Assembly: GCA_963815195.1 (NCBI GenBank)
Contig: CAWFGE010000012.1
Span: 1,056,001-1,120,000 of the forward strand
Length of the DNA: 64,000 nucleotides
From: an uncultured Planctomycetaceae bacterium
Lineage (GTDB): Bacteria; Planctomycetota; Planctomycetia; Planctomycetales; Planctomycetaceae
Direction: 5' to 3'
The translations under genes were made by a program, and so were the position numbers. The notes beneath the pieces were generated by a model that was given only the letters and a program-made list of their open reading frames with translations, did not search any database and was not told where the DNA came from. Shown piece after piece: positions 46,196-56,412 of this stretch (positions are counted from its first letter, which is position 1; each line of letters starts with the position of its first letter).

Positions 46196-48184
46196 GTGCT
46201 TCGAGTTGGCTGGATGCGCTGGACGCCGCTATTCACCCTGGGACTGCTCTGGGCGGTCCTGTTGGGGTGCGGGGGCCAGCGGTTCGTCAAACTTCGCGAG
46301 CAGCCCAAGAACCCGCTCGCCGAGCAACTCCGCCTCACCGCGCGGGGCGGCCCGGAACCCAGTCTCCGCACCGTGCAGCTTTTGAGGCGTTACGCCCTGC
46401 CCACGGGGCGGTTTACCGATCCCGAAAAACTCATCGCCCAGCTCGCGGTGCTGCACAACCAGGAACCGACGGCCGAGAGCTGCTATGCCCTCGCGGAACT
46501 CAGCTACATCGCCGCCGTGCGGATGCAGTTGACCCATCCGCACCGCGCCCAGGAGTGGTATCTCAACTGCGTGGCCCAGGCGTATGCGTATTTGTTCGAT
46601 GCCAAGTTCCGCCGGGAACGAAATCCCTATGATCCCCAATTCCGCGGGGCCTGCGACCTCTATAACGCCGCCCTCGAAGACTGCCTGCGCATCGCCAAGA
46701 AGGAAGGCACGTTCCGTCCCGGCAGCACGCTCAAGGTGGCGACCTGCGACAACACGCTGGAAGTCTCCATCACCGCGCGGGGCTTTCGCTGGAAGGCCGA
46801 GGACTTCGACAGCTTCGAGTTCGTCTCCGACTATGATCTGGAAGGCCTGAAAAACCGCTACCACAAATACGGCTTAGGCGTGCCTTTAATCGCCGTGCGG
46901 AAAAACGGCAGCGCCCCGGCGGAGGTCGAACGCTTTTACGCGCGGGGGTTGTGTTTCCCGGTCACCGCGTTTTTGCGGCTGCATCCTCAAGAGACCGGAG
47001 GCTCCGCCGATTCGTCCGAAGACCCCCGGCACCTCAAAGCCCAGTTGGAACTCTATGATCCCTTGGAACTCACCGACGTCGAAGTCGCCGGCCGCACCGT
47101 GCCTTTGGAAAGCGACCTCAGCACGCCGCTCGCCTATTTTCTGAACGATCCCAACATCCAAAAGCTCGACACCTTCGGGCTCTTACATCCCGATCAGGCC
47201 AAGAAGATCGCCGGGCTGTATATGATCCAGCCCTATCAGCCGGGAAAAATTCCGGTGCTGATGGTGCATGGGCTTTGGTCGAGCCCCATGACTTGGATGG
47301 AAGCCCTCAACGATTTGCGGAGCGACCCGCTCCTTCGCGAGAATTACCAGTTCTGGTTTTATCTCTATCCCACGGGCGAGCCGTTCTGGAAATCCGCGGC
47401 GGATTTGCGGGACGACTTGCGGATCGTCCACGACACGTTCGCCCCGCGCGATCCGGGGAATCGGCTGGACGACATGGTGCTCGTCGGCCACAGCATGGGC
47501 GGGCTGATCTCGCGGCTGATCACTTACGACAGCGGCGACCGTTATTGGAACAGCGTCAGCCGCACGCCCTTCGACAAGGTCGAAGCCCCGCCCGAATTGA
47601 AAGAGCAGATCCAGCGCGTCTACTTCTTCCAGCCGGAGCCCGCGGTCTCGCGGGTGATCACGATCGCCACGCCGCACCGGGGCAGCGACTATGCCAACAG
47701 TCTCACGCGCTGGATGGGCCGGCGTTTGATTTCCATTCCCAAGCTCACGATCAACACAACCAAACAGCTTTTGGAACTGAACCCGGGCGCGTTCCGCCTG
47801 GACGAATCGGACATGGTCACCACCAGCCTCGATTCGCTCTCGCCCAAGTCCCCGATTCTCAAAGCCATGCTGCAAACACCCCAATCGCCCGGCGTGAAAT
47901 ATCACAACATCGTGGGCATCACCAAACGGGACAAACCCTTGGAGGAAAACACCGACGGCGTCGTCGCCTACCCCAGCGCCCACCGGACGGATGTGGAATC
48001 GGAAATCGTCGTCGAAGCCGATCACAGCGAAGCCCACCGCCACCCCGCCGCCATCCGTGAAATCCGCCGGATCCTCTTAAAGCACCTGGAAGAGACCCAA
48101 AGGCAGCGGTTCCCGGTCGTCCCGCTCGACTACAAAACCTCCGCCACCGTCTCGGCCCCGGCGGTCGAAAAAACGGTCGAATAA
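46196..48184 (+). CDS. Alpha/beta-hydrolase lipoprotein
   Basis: Lipobox LLGC; VHGL, GHSMGG, ATPHRGS, DGVV. Confidence 0.85.
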   Translation: MLRVGWMRWTPLFTLGLLWAVLLGCGGQRFVKLREQPKNPLAEQLRLTARGGPEPSLRTVQLLRRYALPTGRFTDPEKLIAQLAVLHNQEPTAESCYALAELSYIAAVRMQLTHPHRAQEWYLNCVAQAYAYLFDAKFRRERNPYDPQFRGACDLYNAALEDCLRIAKKEGTFRPGSTLKVATCDNTLEVSITARGFRWKAEDFDSFEFVSDYDLEGLKNRYHKYGLGVPLIAVRKNGSAPAEVERFYARGLCFPVTAFLRLHPQETGGSADSSEDPRHLKAQLELYDPLELTDVEVAGRTVPLESDLSTPLAYFLNDPNIQKLDTFGLLHPDQAKKIAGLYMIQPYQPGKIPVLMVHGLWSSPMTWMEALNDLRSDPLLRENYQFWFYLYPTGEPFWKSAADLRDDLRIVHDTFAPRDPGNRLDDMVLVGHSMGGLISRLITYDSGDRYWNSVSRTPFDKVEAPPELKEQIQRVYFFQPEPAVSRVITIATPHRGSDYANSLTRWMGRRLISIPKLTINTTKQLLELNPGAFRLDESDMVTTSLDSLSPKSPILKAMLQTPQSPGVKYHNIVGITKRDKPLEENTDGVVAYPSAHRTDVESEIVVEADHSEAHRHPAAIREIRRILLKHLEETQRQRFPVVPLDYKTSATVSAPAVEKTVE

Positions 48185-48224
48185 CCGCCGGGCTCGGCGC
48201 CGTGAAGTCGTGTCCGCTAACGAG

Positions 48225-48587
48225 TCACTCCGGCGCGAGAATCTGAGAATTGCGCTCGTTCTCCAACCACCGCCGGATCCGGCCGCGGGTCGAGATCGCC
48301 CCGCCGTTGCCGATGGGCAGTACACAGGCGAGCCATTTCGCCAGCCGCCAGGGCACCGGCTGATAAAGCCCGTCCCCAAACCGCACCGCGACGCCGCGCC
48401 GTTCCAAGGGAGGTTGCCCCTGCGCCGCCGAGAGCCAGTTCCGCAGCAATCCACTGAGCCGGTTTCGCTCCCACCAAGGCAATGCCAGCAATGCCAGCAC
48501 CAGCCGCAGCTCGTCTTCGTTCGCCGGATGCGCGACCGCATCCGGATGCGGCGGCCGCTCGAATCGTAACCAGAGGATGTTTTGCAT
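48225..48587 (-). CDS. Hypothetical protein, last gene co-oriented with the packaging module
   Basis: 120-aa ORF with protein-like composition. Confidence 0.5.
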   Translation of the reverse strand: MQNILWLRFERPPHPDAVAHPANEDELRLVLALLALPWWERNRLSGLLRNWLSAAQGQPPLERRGVAVRFGDGLYQPVPWRLAKWLACVLPIGNGGAISTRGRIRRWLENERNSQILAPE

Positions 48588-48666
48588 TTTGTGCTCCCAC
48601 ACTTTATTGAACGCGTCTCACTCCGAAGTGAGGGAGGAGAGAGATTAGAGGATGGAGGTTAGAAAA

Positions 48667-50218
48667 GGTACAGGTTCAGGACATGGGTAACAGTTCTGGT
48701 TCAGGACATAGGTGACACTTTAAGGGAAAATCTGGTCGAAAGGAGACCAGATTATGCCCTGGAAAGAGGTCGATGTTTTGAATCTGCGGACAGAGTTTGT
48801 GCTGCGTGTGTTTGAGTCGAAGGTCCCATTTGCCGAGCTGTGCCAGGAGTATGGGATCAGCCGCAAGACGGGTTACAAATGGAAAGAACGTTTTTTGGAA
48901 CAAGGCTTGGAGGGGTTGGGCGATCAATCGCGTCGACCCGCTCAAAGTCCGAATCAGGTCGGCGAGGAAACCCTTTGCCGGATGGTCAAGTTGAAGCTGG
49001 CGCATCCGGCTTGGGGACCACGGAAGATCCGCGCCGTGTTTGGTCGGAATCATCCCGAGGTCGATCTGCCATCGGAAAGCACGTTCAAGCGGGTGCTCGA
49101 CAAAGCGGGCTTGGTCAAGCGCCGCCGGCGTCGCGCTTCGGTGGAGTCGGGCCGGATTCAAAACCGTCTCGAAGCCGAGCGGCCCAATCACGTCTGGACG
49201 GTCGATTTCAAAGGCTGGTGGCGCACCGGGGATCGGATGCGCTTCGAGCCCTTGACGGTGCGCGACGCTTACAGCCGCTTCATTCTTTGCGCGCAGGCTT
49301 TGGAGAACAGCCGCACTCAGACCGTTCAGAGCGCGTTCGAGCGATTGTTCCTCCAGCAGGGCTTGCCGGAAGTCATTCGCAGCGACAACGGCTCGCCGTT
49401 TGCTTGCACGCGGGCTCCATTGGGTCTGAGCCGTCTGTCGGCCTGGTGGCTGGCATTGGGCGTGGACCTGGATCGGATTCCGCCCGCGCGGCCGGATCAG
49501 AATCGCGCGCACGAGCGAATGCATCGGGACATTGCTTGGGAGTTGGAATGCGACGCCGAGGCCACGCTCCCCTCCCAACAGGCGGCCTTGGACGTATGGC
49601 GCGCCACCTACAACACCGAGCGTCCGCACGAGGCTCTGGGGATGCAGGTTCCCGCCGATTTGTACGTTCCCTCGCCGCGCCGCTTCGAGGCGGACGAGTT
49701 GGTGTTGGAGTACCCGGCGGAGTATTTGCGCCGCCATGTGGGCCCCAGCGGGGCGATCAAGGTTCACAACATCCGCATCCCCGTTTCGGAAGCCTTGGCC
49801 GGCTGGGACGTGGGCTTGAAGTACGAAGCGGCGAAGCGTTACGGCTTGTGGTTTTGCCGGCTGCGGTTGGGCGAAGTGGACCTGGAAACCCAGAAGTTTA
49901 CAGCCGTCAAGTCGTAAGACTGTTGGGGGCTTTGCCCCCAAACCCCCAGGATTTTTCGCCTGGGGTCCAAAGCAGGTTGGGGAAGACAAGAAGGGAAGCG
50001 AACCCTGTGGCGCGCTCCCCTCCTGCTTCGGACCCCACGCCGGCGCTCGGGTTGCTTCCCAGCAGAGCCCTATCCTCCTCGTGGGTAAGGCAGTCTTCGG
50101 CGCTTTAACCGGAAGGTCTTTAAGAGTTCTCATCATCGTGTTGAGTTCCAACCGAAACTGAAGTCCAGCGCCACCCATGTCCTGACCTAAAAGCGCCACC
50201 TATGTCCTGACTGTTCCA
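48667..50218 (+). mobile_element. IS481-family insertion sequence
   Basis: Two TCAGGACAT(A/G)GGT repeats at each end in inverted orientation (48673-48717; 50168-50211) around a DDE transposase; no clear target duplication. Confidence 0.85.
48754..49917 (+). CDS. IS481-family transposase
   Basis: MPWKE..GISRKTGYKW HTH; WTVDFKG, IRSDNGSPF, HERMHRD, YNTERPHEAL. Confidence 0.93.
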   Translation: MPWKEVDVLNLRTEFVLRVFESKVPFAELCQEYGISRKTGYKWKERFLEQGLEGLGDQSRRPAQSPNQVGEETLCRMVKLKLAHPAWGPRKIRAVFGRNHPEVDLPSESTFKRVLDKAGLVKRRRRRASVESGRIQNRLEAERPNHVWTVDFKGWWRTGDRMRFEPLTVRDAYSRFILCAQALENSRTQTVQSAFERLFLQQGLPEVIRSDNGSPFACTRAPLGLSRLSAWWLALGVDLDRIPPARPDQNRAHERMHRDIAWELECDAEATLPSQQAALDVWRATYNTERPHEALGMQVPADLYVPSPRRFEADELVLEYPAEYLRRHVGPSGAIKVHNIRIPVSEALAGWDVGLKYEAAKRYGLWFCRLRLGEVDLETQKFTAVKS

Positions 50219-50254
50219 AAAGACCCACCAACCTCGAATCTCCATCCTCTACCC

Positions 50255-51639
50255 TCACACCGTTTGCTCGTTCCGTTGCGAATGTTCCGAAGAGATCTCC
50301 GCGCATCACCCGCGGGTCCGCCTTATCCCGGCGGGCGATCTCGGCTTTGCTCAAGATGCCCGCTTCCACCAGCCGCACATCGGCCAGGCGTTCTTTCGGG
50401 CGGTCGCGAACGGCGAGATCGGGAAACGTCCATGCGGGTTTGATCCGCTCGAACGCGTTCGCCGGGAGTTGGCCCGCCGCGATGAATTGCGACAGCACCC
50501 ACCGCCAGAGCCGGTTCCATTCGCCTGCGAAAAACAGTTGCTCGCTGTGGAACAATTTGACCGCGGGGCCTTCGGCGACGAGCGTGGAGGCATAGTTGGC
50601 GTTGGAGGCATCGGACGTGAGCATGTATTCGGGCAATCCGCTTCCCGCCGCCGCGCAGAGCAACATCAATCGGCCCAAGGGAACGCCGTCGCGGAAGTTC
50701 GTCGTCGGGTTCAGGTATTGAAGGTCGGTGCCTTCCGAGGTGGTGAGGATCGTGCCGGCCCGATATTTCTCTCGCGGGATGACAGAGCCGGAATCATAAA
50801 TCGGCCCGCGTTCGCCCACGTCGGCGACGATGCTCGAATCCGTGCCGCCCGTGACCTTCCGCCAGAGCACGATCGAGGCTTGCAGCTTGCGGGCGATGAG
50901 CGTCGTCTCCAGCCAGCGCCTCAAACTGCCCTAAGGTTTCCAGCACCGGGGCGAACCAGGTCAGGCCCCGCTTCTGGTTCGAGTCGGCGTTGATCCGCGT
51001 ATGCAGCACTTCGCCGGCGGGAATCCGCTCCGCCAATTCGCCCGAAGCGGGATCGATCCGCAAATACGCGATGCGGGTTTCCACATCTTGAGCCGCGGTG
51101 AGAATGCCCTGCGTGCCGGGATGCTCGGTGGTCTCGCCGATGGTTTCCGGATCGAGAAACCGCACCGTCGGCCCCTCGTCCGACTCGGCGAACAGCCTCA
51201 AAAAACATTCGCCGTCCCGCCAGGTCCGCCGGGCGAACTCGCGGTAGGAAAAGTGCGCGCGGTTCGCCGAGAGAAACTCGGACCACAGATGATCGGCCAT
51301 CATCGTCAGCTTTTGATCGTGCTCATCCGCGCCGGGCCAATGCGGCACCGCGTGCACCGATAAGCCCGGCCCCGTGACGTAAATCTCCAACAGCCGGAGC
51401 ATGTTTGATGCATGCGGATTGCTCGCGACGAGCCGGCGCGCCTGCGTGCGGGCGTCGATGCGGTCCTGCTCATCGAACCGATTCCCCCCGCCGCCCAACA
51501 GCAGCCACTCGCCGGCGTCATCCGCCACCGGACAAGGCCCGCCGCTCTCGGCCAGTTCCAACAACCGCTCCTGCATCAAGCGCTCGTAGCGGGCCTTGAG
51601 CCGGGCCGTCTGATATTTCTCTCGCAGATAATTGAACAT
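50255..51639 (-). CDS. Phage portal-like protein (frameshift near 50920; C-terminus uncertain)
   Basis: RRTWRDGECFLR, VLHTRIN..QKRG, GLPEYMLTSDASNANYAS; follows TerL; merged ORFs 50794..51705 and 50187..50924. Confidence 0.78.
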
Positions 51640-51667
51640 GGCGTTGTCCTTTGAAATTGAAATGAAA

Positions 51668-51866
51668 AGGCGAGCGGGGGGCGTCAGCCCCCTGGTTATT
51701 CTCAAAAATCAGAAATTCAGTACTTCCAAAAATGCCTGAGCCGCGCACGAAGTAAGCGGTCTTGCGCCGCCTGAGTCCCTGAAAACCGCTTACTTCGTGC
51801 GCGGCTCTTGGTGTTTTGTGCATAACCAGGGGGCTTACGCCCGGGCATCAGCCCCCCCGCTCGCCT
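51668..51866. repeat. Nested REPIN-like structure
   Basis: Outer pair AGGCGAGCGGGGGGCGTCAGCCCCCTGGTTA (51668) and inverted copy (51823-51866); inner perfect 23-bp pair GAGCCGCGCACGAAGTAAGCGGT (51738-51760, 51785-51807). Confidence 0.85.
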
Positions 51867-51868
51867 GC

Positions 51869-53278
51869 TCACCAGGCAAACCCGCCGTCCGCGGCGGGCG
51901 GGGTGATCGCGAGCCACTCCGCGCTCACGGGCTGCTTGAGCGCATGCCAACACGCGGCCCCCAATGCAAATGCGCGGTCATCGTGAAAATCCCCGTCCCG
52001 CCGGTGATCGATTCGGCAGCGGCCGGAAGGCGATTGCCGAAAGAGCAGCGATGCCAGTTCCGTTTCCAAATCATCCCGCAGCGGCGTACCCGACCGCTTT
52101 CCGCAATCGGGATACCAGGCGACTTGCTTTTGCCGAATCAACCGATAGAGCGTCAAAGCCAATTCGTGATTGCCCTTGCCGCCGGCGAACTCGAACCGCC
52201 GAGTTTTCACCTTCCGCTCCCAGGCTTGAATCACTCCCAAAAGCTGCCATTCATCGAGGATGAACTCGACCCGCTGAAATTTCCCCGAGATGCGTTCGAT
52301 CCAATCGCTGACCCAGGCCACCTGCGTCGGCGAATCGGGCCGCGGCACGACCACATCCATCCGATCCACGACGAGCCGATAGGAATCGTCGCCCACCGCT
52401 TCCTTGTGCAGCACCACGCCCACGGTCAGGTCGCGCTTCTCGGCATAATCGATCGCCGCGTAGTATTGCCGGCCCGGCTGGCCTTGGGTTTGCTCTTTCA
52501 AAGAGTCGTCCCGGCAAGCCTCGGCCTCGGCGAGCGTGACAAACTCCCCGTCCGAATGCTGCCAGCGGTTGAGCCACAACCGCTCGAACACCGGCGCGGG
52601 CAAGAGGGCCTGCTGCTCGGCCAAATGTTGTTCCGTGATCCACGGCGCCTGCGGGCCGTCCAAGGTGGAGAACGCCCACATCGGGTTTTCGGTTTGGGCA
52701 TTCTTGCGGGCGGACTCGCGGACCTGCCACTGCCAACCCTGGCCGATGCCCGCGTTCGTCAGCACCGCCAAAACACAATGCGGACGTTTCGCCGCCGTGG
52801 ACAACAGCGAATACCACAAATCCGGCTTGGGCCAATGGCAGAGCTCATCACAGATCACAAAGTCCACCAGCAAGCCCCACGAGCTTTGCACGTCGGAGGA
52901 AATCACCGTCAATCGGCTGCCGGTCTCGCGGTTCTCGATGCGATGTTTGAGCAGCGTCAACGGCTGGAAGATCCAGGCATTGAGATGCATCAGCCGCTCA
53001 AACGCATCGCGGATCAACGCGGCCTGGTCCTGATCCGCCGCCGCCACGATGCCGCTTAAAGGCCGGCCGGCAAACCGCAGAATCCAAGCAATCTGCATCG
53101 CCATGTCCGAGGTCTTCGCGTGCCCGCGCGGGCGTTCGATCCAGGCCCTGCAAACATTCGTCTCCACCGGCAAACCCGCCAGCTTCCGCCAGGCGGGATC
53201 GAGAAGGGCAAAGTCCCGCGACTGCCAGGGCTGGATGATTTCGCCGAACGGCCGATCGTCATCGCCCGTCAAACGCAT
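51869..53278 (-). CDS. terL: Terminase large subunit
   Basis: Walker A PRGHAKT, Walker B VICDE, coupling motif LTNAG, RNase H-like AIDYA and HDDRAFA. Confidence 0.85.
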   Translation of the reverse strand: MRLTGDDDRPFGEIIQPWQSRDFALLDPAWRKLAGLPVETNVCRAWIERPRGHAKTSDMAMQIAWILRFAGRPLSGIVAAADQDQAALIRDAFERLMHLNAWIFQPLTLLKHRIENRETGSRLTVISSDVQSSWGLLVDFVICDELCHWPKPDLWYSLLSTAAKRPHCVLAVLTNAGIGQGWQWQVRESARKNAQTENPMWAFSTLDGPQAPWITEQHLAEQQALLPAPVFERLWLNRWQHSDGEFVTLAEAEACRDDSLKEQTQGQPGRQYYAAIDYAEKRDLTVGVVLHKEAVGDDSYRLVVDRMDVVVPRPDSPTQVAWVSDWIERISGKFQRVEFILDEWQLLGVIQAWERKVKTRRFEFAGGKGNHELALTLYRLIRQKQVAWYPDCGKRSGTPLRDDLETELASLLFRQSPSGRCRIDHRRDGDFHDDRAFALGAACWHALKQPVSAEWLAITPPAADGGFAW

Positions 53279-53753
53279 ACCAGCCCGAAATCTGCTCGGC
53301 GATGTACGACAGGCTCTCAACGTCCAGGTTTGCTTCAACTTCGTGCGGCAGGTCAACGCCCACCGCGCGGGCCAGTTCAACAAGCTCGGCATCGGTCAAA
53401 TCTCCCAAAAGTTCATCGAAGGTCGCCGGTTCGGTCTCGGCAGGTTCCGCGAATGTGGGCGGCGGGAAGAGTTTGAGCCACGCCTGCTGCGCGGAGACGT
53501 TGCCTTCCATCGCCGTGCGGTAGAGGACCGCCATCACGTTGCCGCTCAAGACGCCCGTAATCTCCCGCACCCGCGTGCGGAAGCCGGCTTCTTCGTTCAC
53601 GGTGTGAAGGAACGCCTCGACCGAAACGCCCACCTGCGCGCACGCGGCCGCCGGGGATGCCCCGCGATAAAGCAGGTCGAGCACCGCCGATTGCTGGGTT
53701 TGGGAAAACGGCGAGAATTCCTCTGTGGGTTCGCACGCGGTTTCTTCATCCAC
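53259..53753 (-). CDS. Putative terminase small subunit (HTH)
   Basis: AACAQVGVS HTH, LYRTAMEGNVSAQQAWL; overlaps terL start; GTG start inferred. Confidence 0.65.
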   Translation of the reverse strand: MDEETACEPTEEFSPFSQTQQSAVLDLLYRGASPAAACAQVGVSVEAFLHTVNEEAGFRTRVREITGVLSGNVMAVLYRTAMEGNVSAQQAWLKLFPPPTFAEPAETEPATFDELLGDLTDAELVELARAVGVDLPHEVEANLDVESLSYIAEQISGWYAFDGR

Positions 53754-53785
53754 GTGACCAGCCGGCTTACACCGGCCGCTCGCCT
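53754..53785. repeat. REP-like copy (AGGCGAGCG family)
   Basis: GTGACCAGCCGGCTTACACCGGCCGCTCGCCT. Confidence 0.7.
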
Positions 53786-53793
53786 TTGGATTT

Positions 53794-55069
53794 TCACTTT
53801 GCTCCTTTGTGGCCTTTGCCCCTTTGCTCCTTCCGATTATCGAAGATGTAGTACACCGGCTCCGCGTAGCGGCTTTTTTCGTCGGTCTCTTTCGTGAGGA
53901 GCTTTTCTTTTTGGCCATGTCTGGGTCCTGATCCATAAAGGGCGGAATGCCCGCGGCGGGAACGCCGGGCGGGCCGGGTCAAGCCGACGCGACGAAAGCC
54001 GGCTTTCTCGAAAACGGGGTTGATGTGGCCCATCTGCGTGAGAGTTTCGATCCAAGGCCAAGGGGCGGCCCGGCAGCTTTCGCGAACGAACGCCGCCGCC
54101 AACCCCGCCCCGCGATACACCGGATGCAACACCAACCGCGACAATGTGACGAGCTGATCGTTCAAACTTTGAATCGAAACCCGAGACCAGCGGCCGGGCT
54201 TCCCGAAGAACTTGTTCCGCTGCCTGAGCGACACGGCGGGCGAAGTCATCACGCAGATCCCGATCGGCTCGTCGCCATGCCAGAGCAGCGTGACGAACTT
54301 CACGAACCCGAGGTGATGGCTGCGGTAATGCCAGCGAGCAAAATACGGCCAGTCGCGTGCCGATCCGGTCGTGATCTGGATGCCATTTTCGAAGCTGATC
54401 CGCCGTTTTTTTTTGCGCGGGCTCGGCGGGAGAATCTTCATCGGGCCGGACGCAATCGATCCCGCCGTCCAATCGGCAAACAACAGACAGCGACGGCGAA
54501 AGATCGCTCAAAATATCCTCGTGCGTCGTCGCGAGCAAAAACCCGATGCCGGTGCGGTCGGCCAGCCGGCGGAGATTGAAGGCGACCACCTTCGCGAGCG
54601 TGCGGTCGAGCGTCGCGGAAAATTCATCGGCCACGATCCAATTCGGCTTTTGAGACAAAGCGAGCGCCAATCGAAACCGATACCGCTGCCCATCGCTGAG
54701 TTCGGCGGGCGTCCGCAACAACAGCCGGGCTTCGCCGAGACCGCACGCGGCCAGAATCCCCATCGCCTCCGAAACAGGAATCTCCAAAGCCTCGATCAAA
54801 ATCCGCTCGCCGAGTTCCAATTCATTGAGATTCAATACCGCTTGACCTTCCGCCGCCAACCCATCCGCGGCCGCTCGCATCAAGCTCGATTTCCCCGACC
54901 CCGACGCCCCGGTAAAGCACACCACATCCCCCGGACGAATCGGCAACTCGAAGTCTTCCGCAATCACATAAGCCCCCGTTTCAAACCCGATCCCAAAATG
55001 ATCCATCACCACCGCCGCCCGGCAAGACGGCTGCTTCGCGCGGAAGTCATAGGCAACATTGAGTTTCAT
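53794..55069 (-). CDS. ABC-type ATPase fused to GNAT acetyltransferase (COG2401-like), frame change near an A9 run
   Basis: GASGSGKS, LSDGQ, IVADEF, TTHED in ORF 53837..55069; ARWHYRS, SRLVLHPVYRGAGLA, FEKAGF in ORF 53794..54483. Confidence 0.8.
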
Positions 55070-55183
55070 CGTTCATCCTTTGTCAGTAATAGTTTTCAGT
55101 TTTTTGCCGAGCCGAGCCCCGTGAGGGGCCGGTTATGCCAGTTTCATGTTTCATGTTCTTGGTCATAGGGGCTTGGTCATTCA

Positions 55184-55741
55184 TCATTCCGAAATGTGCA
55201 CTCGCAAAGCATGGTCGCGAATCAAATCATCCAGATCGGGCCGGACATCGTCCCATTGCTCCCGGGGCACTTCGAGGGTGACTTTGACCAAATCGCCATC
55301 CGGTTCTTCGTCGGGGACGAAGGCGGGATCGGGAGCCAGCACCAGGTCGCGGAGTTCCTCGGCGTCGAAGCCGGTGAGCGTGGCGTCGAAATCGGGAAGG
55401 GCATCGAGCTCGGCGATCAAGCCCACGAGTTTTTCCGCGTCCCAATCGCCGCCGACCTGGGAGTTGTTCAAGGTGATGTTGAGCGCCTTTTCGCGTTCGA
55501 GGCTCAACGACACCACGACGACTTCGATTTCCGAAACGCCCTGGTCCTTGAGAATCCCGAGCCGTTGATGCCCGGACACGACGTGCCCCGTTTGCTCGTT
55601 CCACACGATGGGCTGCACGAGGTCGAACTCTTTGAGGCTCCGGGCCAGCCGCTCGTAAGCCGGCATCCCCGGCCGCAGGGAAATTCGCGGGTTATAGGGC
55701 GCGGGCTTGAGCTTCGTCAGCGGGATTTTTTGGATGTTCAT
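55184..55741 (-). CDS. ParB/Srx N-terminal domain protein (phage type)
   Basis: LKPAPYNPR, SLKEFDLVQPIVWN, VSGHQRL, EKALNITLN, GDWD. Confidence 0.85.
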   Translation of the reverse strand: MNIQKIPLTKLKPAPYNPRISLRPGMPAYERLARSLKEFDLVQPIVWNEQTGHVVSGHQRLGILKDQGVSEIEVVVVSLSLEREKALNITLNNSQVGGDWDAEKLVGLIAELDALPDFDATLTGFDAEELRDLVLAPDPAFVPDEEPDGDLVKVTLEVPREQWDDVRPDLDDLIRDHALRVHISE

Positions 55742-55788
55742 TTTCGTTTTGCCTCGGAACCGATTGATGTAAGAACGTTTTTGAAAAT

Positions 55789-55870
55789 GTGAGCAGCACG
55801 GCGCTAGCTTCCGGTTTCGATGAAAGAAGTTCGTCAGATCACGACCGGCGGCTAGCGCCGTGCCGCTCAC
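55789..55870. repeat. REPIN-like inverted pair (GCTAGC family)
   Basis: GTGAGCAGCACGGCGCTAGC ... GCTAGCGCCGTGCCGCTCAC. Confidence 0.8.
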
Positions 55871-55897
55871 GTTTTCAGAAAACCGAATCGCCAACAC

Positions 55898-56191
55898 CTA
55901 TCCGCCATCCTCTATCCTCTCTTCCTCATCGGTTGGTGCATTGAAAAAATACTCGCGGACTTCCGCTTTGATGTTCTCGATGCACCGGCACACGTGGCCC
56001 GGTTGGTGCCGAAACGCTTTCGCGATCTGCTCCAGCGACCAGCCCGCGTTCTCCCGCAGAGCCAGCATCGCCAGGTACTTCCACCGGCGGGCATCGGCGT
56101 CCGCGAACCCATCCGAAATCGTTTGCCAAAACTCATCCGCCCCCGTGCGGGGCAAGAGCACCTTCACGTTTCTTTGATCGACGACAGACAT
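55898..56191 (-). CDS. Small HTH protein (sigma region 4-like), first gene of the module
   Basis: LRENAGWSLEQIAKAFRHQPGHVCRCI. Confidence 0.65.
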   Translation of the reverse strand: MSVVDQRNVKVLLPRTGADEFWQTISDGFADADARRWKYLAMLALRENAGWSLEQIAKAFRHQPGHVCRCIENIKAEVREYFFNAPTDEEERIEDGG

Positions 56192-56412
56192 CAGCAGTTG
56201 TTCCCCGTTGGAATTCTTGGGTTTCTACCCTATAGGAGCCACTTTGCGCCACAAGATAAATATACAAAAGAACACTTGTGCTAACTCTCCAGCATGACGG
56301 GAGTTGCGAGCTTTGCAAAGTGGGAAAAGTCGTGTTGGCGCAAAAAAATGCAAGATTCCCGCCGGATGTCGTTTGCGACCAAAATCGCCTAGAATGACGG
56401 AGAGAGCCAAAC

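Noticed and set aside
48225..56191. Complete prophage
   Set aside because: No integrase, capsid, tail, lysis or replication gene and no att repeats seen
56235..56355. Sigma54-like motifs TGGCGCAAAGTGGC (minus) and TGGCGC-A7-TGC (plus)
   Set aside because: GG-to-GC spacing is off by one base in both; not supportable without polishing
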